The notes beneath the pieces were generated by a model. The model was not told the origin of the DNA. It did not search any database and saw only the letters and a program-made list of their open reading frames with translations. This document shows positions 11,716-25,724 of a stretch of DNA of 59,824 nt, piece after piece. How positions within the stretch are numbered: the stretch's first letter is position 1; each line of letters opens with the position of its first letter. The stretch is from Octopus bimaculoides (Eukaryota). A program made the translations under genes and the position numbers. Where the stretch lies: contig NC_068998.1 in the NCBI RefSeq assembly GCF_001194135.2, forward strand, positions 10,276,203-10,336,026, read 5' to 3'.

Positions 11716-11947
11716 TTATTATAGTTGTTGATGTTGTTGTTATTATTATTGTTATTATAATAATTATTATTATTGTGTTTAACCAAATCATTTGACTACT
11801 GTCCACTTGTAATGAACTGTACATGCTTTTAATATGTTTGAAGTTTAGTACTAATTAATCTTGGATTAAATTCTGTCCATTAAAATTGGTTTCCTTTAAA
11901 TGTATATAGTAGTGATGTAGCAACGCACATACATCCATTCACACACA

Positions 11948-12002
<55 letters not shown>

Positions 12003-12087
12003 GCATTACTATACAGTAATGAGGTTTTTTCACGCTAGCTACTTGATAAATTCTTGTAAAAGAATTCGTCCAATTATTGAATTTATA

Positions 12088-12127
<40 letters not shown>

Positions 12128-12298
12128 ATAATAATATTAGGGATAAAATCCCAAATTACATATATATATATATGTGTGTGTGTGTAGTGAATCCAAACAA
12201 AGAACAAACAAGGAAAAACAATAACGCGAGTACGTGGTACAAGTACCGTATTATCAGACGCTCAGGAAAAGAAGTGTATGTGTGCACTTAGGCTCACG

Positions 12299-12329
<31 letters not shown>

Positions 12330-13516
12330 TTTCCAAATGAAAAGAAATACATTGTTTAAAGGTATAAGGTATTTACTGTAGTCCTACAACTCTGGCAAAG
12401 CTAGAGAGCTATATACGTGTGTAATTTCTCTCTCTCTTTTATATATTTATTCATGTGTATATATATATATACACACCCACACACACACAGACTCTCACTA
12501 TACACACAAATTTTGTGTGAGAGTGTGGGTACACATAGACACTCATATATGTACTTATATATATATATATATATGTGTGTTCGTGTGTGTATGTTTAAAC
12601 ACACATCTCACTAGATGCCATCTCTCACATTCACCCTCATGGATATAAACACCATTAGGATTGTATACAATCTTTGGGTAGGCAGGTATCACACATATGC
12701 ATCTAATACATATCCCCTTTTTCACCTTCTCCTATTAATTATTGCTGTAAAATTAGTATACCTCATTCAGTTTCTAAGTCTTAACTGCATTGAGAAATGT
12801 TGGTCTGTTGGTTATCATTTTTTAAATTGGTATTGATTTTTGTGGTAATGACTAGATTACAATTTCCATAGAATGGTAAAAATAAAACTGCAGTCAGGGA
12901 TGTGTGGTTAAGAAGCTTGTTTTGCAGTGACATGGATTTAAGTTCAGTCCCACTGTGATGCTTTGGGCAAGTGTCTACTGCTAAAATCCCAAGCCTCAGG
13001 CTGACCAAAGCTTTTTAAGTGGATTTGTTAGATGGAAACTGAAAGAAATAGCCATTAGTTGCGGCCACACCGCCTTCATTCAGCTATGTGGGTAAACAGT
13101 AGGGGATTATCTCCCNNNNNNNNNNNNNNNNNNNNNNNNNNNNNNNNNNNNNNNNNNNNNNNNNNNNNNNNNNNNNNNNNNNNNNNNNNNNNNNNNNNNN
13201 NNNNNNNNNNNNNNNNNNNNNNNNNNNNNNNNNNNNNNNNNNNNNNNNNNNNNNNNNNNNNNNNNNNNNNNNNNNNNNNNNNNNNNNNNNNNNNNNNNNN
13301 NNNNNNNNNNNNNNNNNNNNNNNNNNNNNNNNNNNNNNNNNNNNNNNNNNNNNNNNNNNNNNNNNNNNNNNNNNNNNNNNNNNNNNNNNNNNNNNNNNNN
13401 NNNNNNNNNNNNNNNNNNNNNNNNNNNNNNNNNNNNNNNNNNNNNNNNNNNNNNNNNNNNNNNNNNNNNNNNNNNNNNNNNNNNNNNNNNNNNNNNNNNN
13501 NNNNNNNNNNNNNNNN

Positions 13517-13560
<44 letters not shown>

Positions 13561-15201
13561 TGTGTATGTTTGTCCCCCACTTCCACTCTACAAGCTGTGT
13601 TAGTTTGTTTATATTCCTAGAACCTAGAAGTCTAGCAAACAGAGACTGATAGAATACTACTAGGCTTGGGAATAAAAAAAAGTGAAAAGAAAGTAAATAT
13701 TGAAGTTGATTTGTTTGACTAAACCCGTCAAGGCAGTGCCCCAGCAAGGCTGCAATCCAATGACTGAGACAAGCAAAGGACTATAAACTGTGGGAAATTT
13801 TCATTCTCAAATAATTGCTTTACTAGTTACAGCACTGCATGATTTGCTGACGAGAAATTAATTATAGATTGCTCTAATGCAATAGCTTGTTCAGAAAGGC
13901 TGTTACTGCACTAATTATAGTTCTCAGTTTCTAATGTGTAACTTCATTCATATTACATAAGTTTATTCATAGCGTATTTTGACATTGAGCAATTTAGGTA
14001 TGTTTTTACTTTATATGAACTTAAGGAACATGAAGTGGTTGGAGTGTAGAGAGTGGTTGGTCATGTATGTATATATAAACACATGCAGTGATGTATGTAT
14101 ATACATGTGTGTGTGTGTGTGTATGTCACATGATCATGTGACTGACTAGGTTGCTAGATGTTACACATCACTGGTCACGATGTGTGTTTTTGCATTGTTT
14201 TAGCAGTCAGATGACGCCACCCCACTGGCTAGGTGAGCAAGCCAACATTCCCCCCTCACCCTGATTGAAAGGGGGATTGGAGCAATGTGAAATGAAGTAT
14301 TTTGCTCATGAACACAACATGCAAGGGAGGGTTAATTCACTCGTTTCTATTTCACTCAGGCAAAGTATACAGGTTAAGGGGCAAAATGTTTGTGGCCCTA
14401 AGATACTTGCTGAAGATAAAAAAGATTTTCCAACATTGTGATAGCTTATTCACCATCAGGAGAAGAGCTTACACTATCTTTAAGCATTTCCTGCATGGTG
14501 TAAAGCTTCTCTGTTGTTTATTTCACTGATATGTTTCACCTATTCTATGTTTGTTTAGACAAGGTATTGTTATGTTTATACTAAGCTTGTATAGTTTTCT
14601 TTTTCTCCTTTTGATTGTGTCTCCTATATATGCCAACACTGTATTAACATATGATAATAAATAATTTCTTTTTCAGCATATTGTCAAATTATGTGTCTTT
14701 TCAATGAAATTCATACGTGACTTATTGTCTTTGACTCTATAAAAGCCGACTTTCCTCTTCTGCAAAGAAACTGATTGTGCAATTTTATGAGATCTGTGTC
14801 TATAACTTGCAAGAGAAAATGGACAGTTGGTTTTGTTGTGCTCCCAGCCAAACAAAATGTGCTTTTGTATTGGTGAAACTACTGATTGCCAAAACAACCA
14901 AATAATAATAATAATAATAAGTATAATATAAGCACAAACAACTTTTTGCAGATAAAATTGTAATTTTGAATGATTTTATATCCACAGTTATATGATGCAG
15001 TAATTTTTCAGTGCCAGTGACAGACATTAAATCTGGAGGTATTGGGAATTATGGTAATGAGGAATTTGTTAGACTTTGAAGGGTATTATGGAGATGCACA
15101 TTAAAAACATTGAGATAACTCTGATGTGATAAATATGGAAATGGCTATTCTATAAATACTTGATATTCTATACACTTCCATATTGTCTCCAAGTTTTTAT
15201 A

Positions 15202-15239
<38 letters not shown>

Positions 15240-16542
15240 TATCTATTATCATTATCATTTAATATCCATCTTGCTTGCTGGCATGAGTTGGATGGTTAGA
15301 CAGGAGGTGTGAAGCCAGAGGGCTGTGCCACACTCTGTTGTCTGCTTTGGCATGGTTTTTCTAGTTGGATGCCATTCCAACCACTTCATGGAGTGGATTG
15401 GGTGACACACGTGCACATCAGAGGAGGTTAAAGCAGATTTTGTTAAACTCCTTTTTATAGTGTCATATATCACATAAACTTTACACATCTTTCACTTGTG
15501 TGTACTAGTATGCTGTGTAGTACTCATTACACAGGCAGTGGTATAATCAGATTGAAATGCCAAATCTTCAGAAGAATATAGTAATTTAGTCCATTGTTAT
15601 TTACTAACCTCAGTTGGTAGGCATTAAATAAACAAAAGCACCAAGACAACATTGTTTTGAATAAGTCCATTTATGAAAATCATATGCAACATATTTAATA
15701 CACATTTACAAGCCTTGGTAACTGAGACATTAGGAATTGACTAACATACGTTTCATCATTTCATGATTTATTGAGTGTGCGGTCTAAGCTCTTGGACAGG
15801 TTGCCAGCAAATTCCTGAAGATTGGTTATTTCTTTAGACACTCCAATAGCAATTACTTCATGATTGTTGTGATCTCAGTTAGTGATATGCCATGGAAACT
15901 GAATAACTGGCTTTATGAACTGTAGGACTTGAGAAAAAAAAAAAAAAAAAANNNNNNNNNNNNNNNNNNNNNNNNNNNNNNNNNNNNNNNNNNNNNNNNN
16001 NNNNNNNNNNNNNNNNNNNNNNNNNNNNNNNNNNNNNNNNNNNNNNNNNNNNNNNNNNNNNNNNNNNNNNNNNNNNNNNNNNNNNNNNNNNNNNNNNNNN
16101 NNNNNNNNNNNNNNNNNNNNNNNNNNNNNNNNNNNNNNNNNNNNNNNNNNNNNNNNNNNNNNNNNNNNNNNNNNNNNNNNNNNNNNNNNNNNNNNNNNNN
16201 NNNNNNNNNNNNNNNNNNNNNNNNNNNNNNNNNNNNNNNNNNNNNNNNNNNNNNNNNNNNNNNNNNNNNNNNNNNNNNNNNNNNNNNNNNNNNNNNNNNN
16301 NNNNNNNNNNNNNNNNNNNNNNNNNNNNNNNNNNNNNNNNNNNNNNNNNNNNNNNNNNNNNNNNNNNNNNNNNNNNNNNNNNNNNNNNNNNNNNNNNNNN
16401 NNNNNNNNNNNNNNNNNNNNNNNNNNNNNNNNNNNNNNNNNNNNNNNNNNNNNNNNNNNNNNNNNNNNNNNNNNNNNNNNNNNNNNNNNNNNNNNNNNNN
16501 NNNNNNNNNNNNNNNNNNNNNNNNNNNNNNNNNNNNNNNNNN

Positions 16543-16587
<45 letters not shown>

Positions 16588-16886
16588 GTTATATTTTTCA
16601 GTTTCAGGAAACATTGTTTTTTTTTATTTATTTATTTTTTGTTTTTTTATATAGATAAGATACAGCTAATTAACTAAATTAACTGTTATCTACATGATGA
16701 TGCTATGCTTCATTCATCCTTTATGAAATTTAATACCTTTTTTTTCTCTCTCTCTTCTCTTTGCCTTGTCAAGATGTTTTCTTGTAAATCTAATTGGCTG
16801 ATCACATGGTCAAGCTGGCTATTTTACAGATTGTGCCACCCCAATTGTTATTGCTGTTATTTATTTTTGTCTTCTTTCACAACCAG

Positions 16887-16974
16887 GTACAGCACCATCT
16901 ACAGGCTTTACCGCTCCTATTATACCAGTCGATGCTCCTCAAGTTCGATCAGGGTCATTCTCAATGAATCAAAG
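16887..16974 (+). CDS. ITSN1: Intersectin linker exon (G)TAPSTGFTAPIIPVDAPQVRSGSFSMNQ(S)
   Basis: Polypyrimidine tract plus accag acceptor, donor gtaaat, 88 nt, phase 1 to 2, joins in frame to 21888. Confidence 0.85.
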
Positions 16975-17419
16975 GTAAATATTGCAAGTCTCTAAAAAAT
17001 ACCCCCATCAAATTTGTGAAAAAAAAAAAGGAATAATTTTACATTTTTATTTTTTGTTTTTGTTTTTTATTGAGCTAGATTGAGAGAAATGTGTGTGTGT
17101 GTGTATTTGTGTGTGTGCGTGTGAAAGCTTGTTGCCAAGTGGTTCGGGTGTTCACTTCCTGGACTGAGCGCAGTACATTGTGTCTTTGAGCAGAAACACT
17201 TCATCTCATGTTCTCTAGTCCACTCAGCTGTAAGTGAGAGACCCTGTGGTGAGATCGTCTTCCAATAAGGTGGAATATTGGTCTTCTTGCCTAGCTAAGA
17301 GGATGCCCCAGTGATTTGACCAGTGATGAATAACATACAATATAGTCCGGTCAATCATGTGATCACGTTATATATGAGTGTATATATTTATTTTTTTTAT
17401 ATATTATTTTTTTTTTATA

Positions 17420-17790
17420 AATATATTCCCTTTCTATCTATGTAAAGACAGAATCTCCACACAAGAAAGAATCAACAAGGAGAATCTTTTCATAGAGAAA
17501 TTCCAACCATTTCTTAACACACAAACCCCTCAGTGACCTTATTTCTCTAGGAACAGACATAAACTTCCTGTTGACAAAGCGTTCATAACTCCAACTAAAG
17601 AGATTTGTCTCCCCTTACATTCACTTCCTGTTTTGACACCTTACTTCTTGCTTAACACATAAACCTTTAGCTCCTTTTTTAAACCTAACACAACTCTCAA
17701 TTTTCATGCATCCTTATTTTTCCAACCATTATCTACATGGATTACTATTGAACTTTAAAAGCTCAAAGACAATATAATGTGTTGGTATAT
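17420..17790 (+). mobile_element. Penelope-like element relic (GIY-YIG C-terminal end plus terminal repeat)
   Basis: 17420-17536 reads NIFPFYLCKDRISTQERINKENLFIEKFQPFLNTQTPQ-stop, resembling the PLE endonuclease tail E..FI.KF.P.LN. Confidence 0.5.
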
Positions 17791-20044
17791 TTANNNNNNN
17801 NNNNNNNNNNNNNNNNNNNNNNNNNNNNNNNNNNNNNNNNNNNNNNNNNNNNNNNNNNNNNNNNNNNNNNNNNNNNNNNNNNNNNNNNNNNNNNNNNNNN
17901 NNNNNNNNNNNNNNNNNNNNNNNNNNNNNNNNNNNNNNNNNNNNNNNNNNNNNNNNNNNNNNNNNNNNNNNNNNNNNNNNNNNNNNNNNNNNNNNNNNNN
18001 NNNNNNNNNNNNNNNNNNNNNNNNNNNNNNNNNNNNNNNNNNNNCGGTTATGTTGTGAGAGTGAAAATTGAATTTATGCACAAACAACAACAAAAAAATG
18101 TTTATTTTTTAACAAGTAATTTCAGAATGTATTCTCCTTTCCTTATGACCACTTTTATCTGTATAAAGCTCAATCATACGCAGTAATTATTAAAAGAAAA
18201 ATGACTATGACCGAATGCTGGAGATAGGTACAGGCATGACTGTATGATTAACAGGCTCACTTTGCAACCATGTGGTTTGAGTTCAGTCTCACAATGCACC
18301 TGGGCAAGTGTCATCTACGATAGCTCTGTATGTGTGTGAGTATGAGTGAGAGAGAGAGAGTCTTTGAGTCTGTGTTGTACCCCCAACCACTTGACAATTA
18401 CTACTAGTTTATTTACATCTCCATAATAGACTTTTTCTTTTTAATTTGGGATATATCCAACTTGGAAATTTCAATTTTAACTTTTGAAAGTAGAACCAAC
18501 ATGCATACAATCAACTAAGTAAATCAGAACTGACCTACACACACACGTCTTGACCCACCCTTTCTTTCCCCTGTTGGGTTGGCAGAATGATTAACACTTT
18601 GATTAAAATGCCTAGCAGTATTTCTTCTGACTCATTATGTGCTGATTTCCAATTCTGCCAAGGTCAGCATAGCTTTTCACCTTTCCAGAGTCAATGAAAG
18701 GAAATACCAGTCAGATACTGGGGTTGATGTAAATGACTAGCTTCCTCCTTTCAAATTGCTAGCCTTGTGCTAAAACATAAATTCCACCCTCCCTCCCCCA
18801 CCGGTACTATGGTTCTCCATTATTTTATTAGCCCCTGGGTGGCAAGCTGGTAGAATCCTTAGCAAAGTTAGATGAAATGCTTTGCAGTATTTCTTCTAAA
18901 TCTCTAAGGTCTGGGTCCAAACTCCACCAATGGCAAATCTGCCTGTCATCCTTTCGGGGTCAATAAAAGTATGTACCACCCGATCAGTGTAATCGACTGA
19001 CCCTGTCCCTGCTTTATCAGCCCCAGAAGGCTGAAGAAAGGTAAAGTCAACCACAGCATAATTCGAACTCATTTTATTGTGAGACATAAGCACAAGGCAT
19101 TTGTCCTTTACTCTTGTAATTTCTGCCACTCCCCAACATTCACGTATCCCATTATTAATGCTGTGTAGAAATACTTCAACATCAGCCATTGTATTTCACA
19201 ACATTCACTGTTACATCTGAAGCTGTTTATCCCCTACTTAATGGTGGATAATCAATATTTCAATGATAAACCAGAAGCCTTTGGCTTTTGTTTTTAATGA
19301 ATAGTTAAGGATTGCACTTTTACAGATATTTGTTTTGTTGAATCAGCTACACACCCACATGTGTGTTTGTATGTGTGTGTGTTTGTTGTGTGTATATATT
19401 TTAGGGAATATTTCCTTTTGGTGAGTGTGTGTTTGTATAGTTGTGTATGTGTGTTTATGGATTATATCTTTTATGTGAATGTGTATGTATAGAGTGTGTG
19501 TGTGTGTTTGGGAAATGTATGTTTTATGTGAGCGTGTATGTGTGCAGATGTTGTAAGTTCAGTGTATGTATGTGTTTTCATTAATTTGTATGTTTAGTAT
19601 GTGTGTTTGTCTGTGCTTTTAAGTGTGTGTGTGTGTGTGTGTTTGGCATTTATATTTTAGTATGTATGTATATTTGGTATGCATATGTTTGGTGTGTATG
19701 TTTGTTTACACACACAGAAGTGTATGCGTGTGTTGGTGTATGTATGTATGTATGTATTTGTGGTTTTGTGTGGGGGTATGTGGGTGTGTTCAGGGGATTC
19801 ATGAAAACTCCTCCTTTACATAAAACACTCTCTGTGACTGTGAAATGCAAGATCCATTCTTTCAACAGTTAAACTGATTAATGAGCCATTGATCTCGGTT
19901 GTATTCACTCTGTGTGTGTGTGTGTTTTTGTGACTTTCTGTGGGTGTAGGAGTAGTGCCTATTGTGGTAAGCACACACCGCACCTGCTTACATTGTTTCG
20001 TATTATGTACAGTCAACACCGATTGCATTGAAGTCACATTTTTA

Positions 20045-20090
<46 letters not shown>

Positions 20091-20196
20091 GTGAAATGCT
20101 AATGCGTATGCTGTTACAGAACAAAAGATGAAGACAGGTGTATGAACAACAATATATATATATATATACACACACACACATATATATACACATACG

Positions 20197-20233
<37 letters not shown>

Positions 20234-20259
20234 TCATACATACATATTTATATACATAC

Positions 20260-20290
<31 letters not shown>

Positions 20291-21587
20291 TANNNNNNNN
20301 NNNNNNNNNNNNNNNNNNNNNNNNNNNNNNNNNNNNNNNNNNNNNNNNNNNNNNNNNNNNNNNNNNNNNNNNNNNNNNNNNNNNNNNNNNNNNNNNNNNN
20401 NNNNNNNNNNNNNNNNNNNNNNNNNNNNNNNNNNNNNNNNNNNNNNNNNNNNNNNNNNNNNNNNNNNNNNNNNNNNNNNNNNNNNNNNNNNNNNNNNNNN
20501 NNNNNNNNNNNNNNNNNNNNNNNNNNNNNNNNNNNNNNNNNNNNNNNNNNNNNNNNNNNNNNNNNNNNNNNNNNNNNNNNNNNNNNNNNNNNNNNNNNNN
20601 NNNNNNNNNNNNNNNNNNNNNNNNNNNNNNNNNNNNNNNNNNNNNNNNNNNNNNNNNNNNNNNNNNNNNNNNNNNNNNNNNNNNNNNNNNNNNNNNNNNN
20701 NNNNNNNNNNNNNNNNNNNNNNNNNNNNNNNNNNNNNNNNNNNNNNNNNNNNNNNNNNNNNNNNNNNNNNNNNNNNNNNNNNNNNNNNNNNNNNNNNNNN
20801 NNNNNNNNNNNNNNNNNNNNNNNNNNNNNNNNNNNNNNNNNNNNNNNNNNNNNNNNNNNNNNNNNAAAATTGTAACCTTCTCATCAGGGAAAGCATGGGA
20901 ATCATCTAAAACGTAAGACATTATGACCGATTTTCTCCATTCCTTAAATTCTTAAATATACTCAAATACCCAAAATTTCAAGGAGTTCCTGCCTTAAAAA
21001 CAGGAACTAAACCACAGTTTTTTGTGTTCTTTGCTACATTGGTTTCAATTAACCCATTTATTCTATCAGAAGAATTTTTATTCATTAAGATAGAAGAAAT
21101 ACACATAATTATATATATATATATATGCACACGTACACACTGTTATGCATGAATTATTTGTGAACATTGCTATAGGCACAGGTGTGACTGGGTGGTGAAG
21201 AAGATTGCTTCCCAACCACCTGGTTCTGGGTTTAGTCCCACTGCGTGGCATCATGTGCAGGTGTTTACTATTATGGTCCTAAACTGACCCAAGCCTGATG
21301 GAAACTGATATCAGCCTCTCATATGCATGTGTGTGAGTTTGTGTTTCCTTGCTTTGACATTGTGCGTTTGTTGTGAGTGCCACCGTGATCCAAGCAGTGT
21401 CCTTTGCTTCCAATTTTCTGTGAAACCATGTCTGGCCACAGCTGAAGAATAAGAAAAGTGACCTTACTTGGAATCAGGTGAGGATTAGTGACAGGAAGGG
21501 CATCCACTCACAGAAATTCTGTCTCAACAAATTCCATCTGACCCATTCAAGTATGAAAAAGTGGATTTTAAAATGATAATCCTGATG

Positions 21588-21620
<33 letters not shown>

Positions 21621-21887
21621 ATTGGTTAGTGTATTCTTTCTCTATTTAAGACAGTTGGTTGTAATTTGAAGGAGATTTGGTTGCTATTTCTTGCAGCTTG
21701 AACAAATTACATATTGGGCTCTTTGTCCAATTGTCTGTCTTGTCTTCTCCTAATCATCCCCCCCCCATCAATAGATCTTGACCATCTCCTTTAATTGTAA
21801 AGAAACTGTTATCTTATCACTCTTCATAATCACTGTTTGACCACTTTGTGTCGTGTTATTTTATGTTCAATATTTCATCTTTTCAAG

Positions 21888-21985
21888 CCCTGCTCCTTCA
21901 CCATGGGTGATAACACCACAGAAAAAACAACAATTTGTACAGATGTTTGCAACACAGGATCGAAACCAACAGGGTTATATCATGG
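21888..21985 (+). CDS. ITSN1: Intersectin exon, EH2 start PAPSPWVITPQKKQQFVQMFATQDRNQQGYIM(G)
   Basis: Acceptor tttcaag, donor gtgagt, 98 nt, phase 2 to 1. Shows the EH N-terminal W-x-I...F...D pattern. Confidence 0.92.
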
Positions 21986-22996
21986 GTGAGTTATTGAATT
22001 TATCTTTTCTTTTCACTAAAATGGTATGGTGAAGTTTGAGAAAAATTTGCTGTTATTTCCACCAAGTCAAATGACCACTTTGAGGCCTTCTTGTTGAGTC
22101 AGTCCAGTATATTAATCCTCTTGTCAATATGTGCCAGTGTTTGAAAATTTGCTGTTCTTTTTAAGGTCTGCTTACATATTTAGTTCTTTTTGTTTAGCCA
22201 TAAGTGTAGTCCTGATGATGCAGACCTATATATAATCAAAGATGTTCCATGCCTGACCAGCCTGTCTTACTTTTCATGCTGTGAAGGGTATCCAGCTGTA
22301 GAAATTGTGCCAAAGTGAACATTGAAAGTCAGCACAGTCCTCTGGCTTGTCTGCTTATGTTGAACCACCCATCTCAAAGGCTGTTAAATGATGAGGATGA
22401 CGATGTGTGTAGTACCATGTTATTTAATATAGCTGTCTGTTTTTAAACAGTGGGCCTGATTTGAGGGCAATTTGGCTGCTCTTGTTGATCACTTGACATT
22501 GTAGAGGCTTGCATTCTCATTGCCTCACTTATTTTTTAAGTGTCGCTGTAAGGAAAACAAATATAATTGTGGAACGGAGCCTTTCACCTGAGATTTGTAT
22601 TTTAACTGAGTATTTTCTCTAGTCTACCAATTAATAAATCACACACTGTTAATTAATTTCTTGAATTTTGTGATGTAAAAGAATGAAAGAATTTAGAAGT
22701 TCTCTTCTAATTTCCGCCAACTTTGTTCTCTGAGTGACAAATAGCCATCCTATGGGTTCAATTTCTCTGATGTTGCTGTGAACAAATAAATCAATAGTTT
22801 ATTTATTCATTAATTAACCATTTTTTAAAAACCATATTTCTGTTGAAATAGACTACTTTTGATACAGAAATATTGAAGAATTTAGTCAAGTAACTTTGTA
22901 ATTATCCAATGGTACTTTGAAACGTAAATAAACACAAAGTTTTGATAGGAAGTTTTAATTTAGATAATTTCAAAACAGAAAGTTTGTCCAATAAAA

Positions 22997-23222
22997 TCAA
23001 CCCTTTAGCATTCGCATTACTCTGTCAAATATAATGCTTATAAGTTCATTGTTTTGAATTAATCATGCTTTATCTCATAGTTTCAAGATTTCAATGATGT
23101 GATTGTATATTTTTAGAAGGATATTGTAGGATAGGTGTGAGAAGCCAACTCTGGCTGGTTTGAACATAAAACAGATAGAATATTTTGGCTGAATATGGCT
23201 GATTTGAATGCTAAAGGGTTAA
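22997..23222 (+). mobile_element. piggyBac-type MITE (family with CCCTTTAG...CTAAAGGG ends)
   Basis: Short TIRs with (T)TAA flanks. The same family occurs at 30549, 41733 and 56694. Confidence 0.75.
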
Positions 23223-23306
23223 AAGCATTTTGTCTGGGTTGGTGTCAGAAGGGTTAATAACTCCTTGTTGCAAATCATTTTCATCTTATTGTGATTTCTG
23301 TTTCAG

Positions 23307-23370
23307 GTGTTGATGCTCGCCCTTTGCTACTTAATTCTGGTTTACCACAACCTATTCTTGCTCAAATTTG
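23307..23370 (+). CDS. ITSN1: Intersectin exon, EH2 middle (G)VDARPLLLNSGLPQPILAQI(W)
   Basis: Acceptor tttcag, donor gtaaat, 64 nt, phase 1 to 2. SGLP..LAQIW is the EH signature. Confidence 0.95.
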
Positions 23371-25724
23371 GTAAATATATTCACCTTTTTATTATTATTA
23401 TTATCATCATCTTGTTTTTCATCCTTTCAAGGTTGATAAAATAAGTATCGATCAAGTACTGGGGTCGATGTACTCAACTAGCTCCCTTAAAGCTGGCAGA
23501 ATTGTTAGCACATTCAATAAAATGCTTAGCACCATTTCCTCTGTTTTTACTTTTTGAGTTCAAATTCTTCAAAGGTCAATTTGGCTTTCCCTCCTTTTGG
23601 AGTCAATGCGATAAGTACCAGTTGAGCACTGGGGCTAATGTAACCGACTGATCTCCTCCCCACAAATTTCAGGCCTTATGCTGCCTATAGTAGAAAGTAT
23701 TATCATTATTCTGGCCATGTGCCAAAATTTGGAACCATTATTATTATCATTATTTTAGTGTCTTCTTCATAGGCTTAATGCCAGTGTTTTCATGATAAGT
23801 ATCTGATATTTTATCTAGCAGGATTGTAATTGACATTAGAGTTCTTCCTAATGTCAATTAGTCTGGGATGTATGCATATGTGAAAGAGAAAACCCTTTAC
23901 TATTGTCGAGAACATGACAGACCCCTGTGGTGCTGGTGTCACAATAAAATGCATTCAGAATACTCTGTAAAATGGTTGGTGATAGGAAGGTTATCACTCC
24001 TTTTTAGTAAACTATTTGTGACATAAGGTCCTCCAACTTATCTAGAAAGGTAGTAACTTACTTGGATAGTGATTAACTGACAAAACCATGCTATCATGGA
24101 AATTGTCCTTTCTCCTCCAGTTCATAACCAGTGTTGGTTTGTTTATGTCCTTGAAACTTAGTGGTTCAGTAAAAGAAACTGAGGGGATAAGTATCAGACC
24201 TAAAAATATGTACTAGAGTTGATTTGTTCGACTAAACCCTTTAAGACTGCCCCAGCATGTTCGCAGTCCAATGATTGAAGCAGAGTAAAATATAAAAGAT
24301 TATCTAGTGTATCCATTTCTTGTTTGAGATGGATGTAATTTGAGGAAGAATTTGGCTGCTGTATCTTGCAAAATGTGTGACCAAGTAGAGGTTGCCTTAT
24401 TGGTAACCCAACAATGCTATAGATAGAAGAACAGAATGAAGGAGTAAAAAGGAGTGAGATGAGGGTTAACATAGAAAGAAGGGAAGAGTTGTGCATGGTG
24501 GAGAGAAGTGTTATGTATCATATAGAGGAGTAGGAAGAGGAGAGGTTATATTGACAATATTGATGATCGTTAAAAGAACGTTATCTGAAACTGTAAATAT
24601 TGAACACGTATCTCATGGTGACTTCTGCTTTATCATCCATCAGCCTTTCACTGTGATCTAATTACAAAAACCAATTATCTCATCTCAAGTCTTTGAGCAA
24701 CTCTTGCTCGTTTGTAAAGAAAGTGTTTTTTTCTTTCTTTTTGTTTTTAGTTTCCTTTTCTTCCCACCTACTCCTTTTTTTTTTTCCTCTTTATCACGTA
24801 TTTTTCCTTTTTTCTGTTTTGTTTATTCTTTTCCCTTTTTACTTTTTGTTTTTCATTTTTTTTCTTTTCCTTTCATTTTTTTTTCTTCATTTTCCTCTCT
24901 ACCATTTCTGTTCTTTTCCTTTTTCTTTTCCTTTACCGATTTTGTTTTTTCTTCAGTTTCTCACTTTTGTTCTTCATAACAACAGCTTCTGTGTTTTAGC
25001 TTTAATCATCAGTGTTCCTTCACCAATAAAAGTTCCTTAGGAACTAGGGAAATATATGCCTCTCAAGATCTTAATTATCTTCACTCTTCTACTTCTATTC
25101 ACCTTCCTATAATGTGAGGGTACACCCTGATACCATTTCATCACCACCTTCTCCCTATTCTAGCTTGGGTAGCCATGTTATCTCCTCTACAGCAGGGCAC
25201 CAGCTCCTCTCCCTATATTATATTAGATTAAGGTGGCATGCTGGCAGATTCTTTAGCGTGCTTAGCAGTATTTCATCTGCTGTTACATTCTGAGTTCAAA
25301 TTCCGCCAAGGTCAACTTTGCCTTTCACCCTTTCGAGGTCAGTTAAATAAGTGCCAGTTACGCACTGGGTTTGATGTAATCGACTTAATCCTTTTGTCTG
25401 TCCTTGTTTGTCCCCTCTATGTTTAGCCCCTTGGGGGCAATAAATATATATTATATTGCACCCTTTTATCATAGGGCATAAGGCCACTTCCTCAATGCTA
25501 TGGCAACACTCAATTAAGGGGTCTTGTCTTGCAAGTTACTTGGTGTCCCCATTTGTGCTGGTCCCACATAAAAAAGCACCTAGTACATTTTATAAAGTGG
25601 TTGACATTAGGAAGGGCATCCAGCTATAGAAACCATACAAAAGCAGACACTGGAGCTTGGCAGAGTCCTCTGGCTTCTTGGATCCTGTGGAACCATTCAA
25701 GCATGGGGTACACACATTAAATAT

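Noticed and set aside
24693-25040. Hydrophobic F/L-rich ORFs (also 26457-26810)
   Set aside because: They are translations of T/C-rich low-complexity tracts with no splice or homology support.
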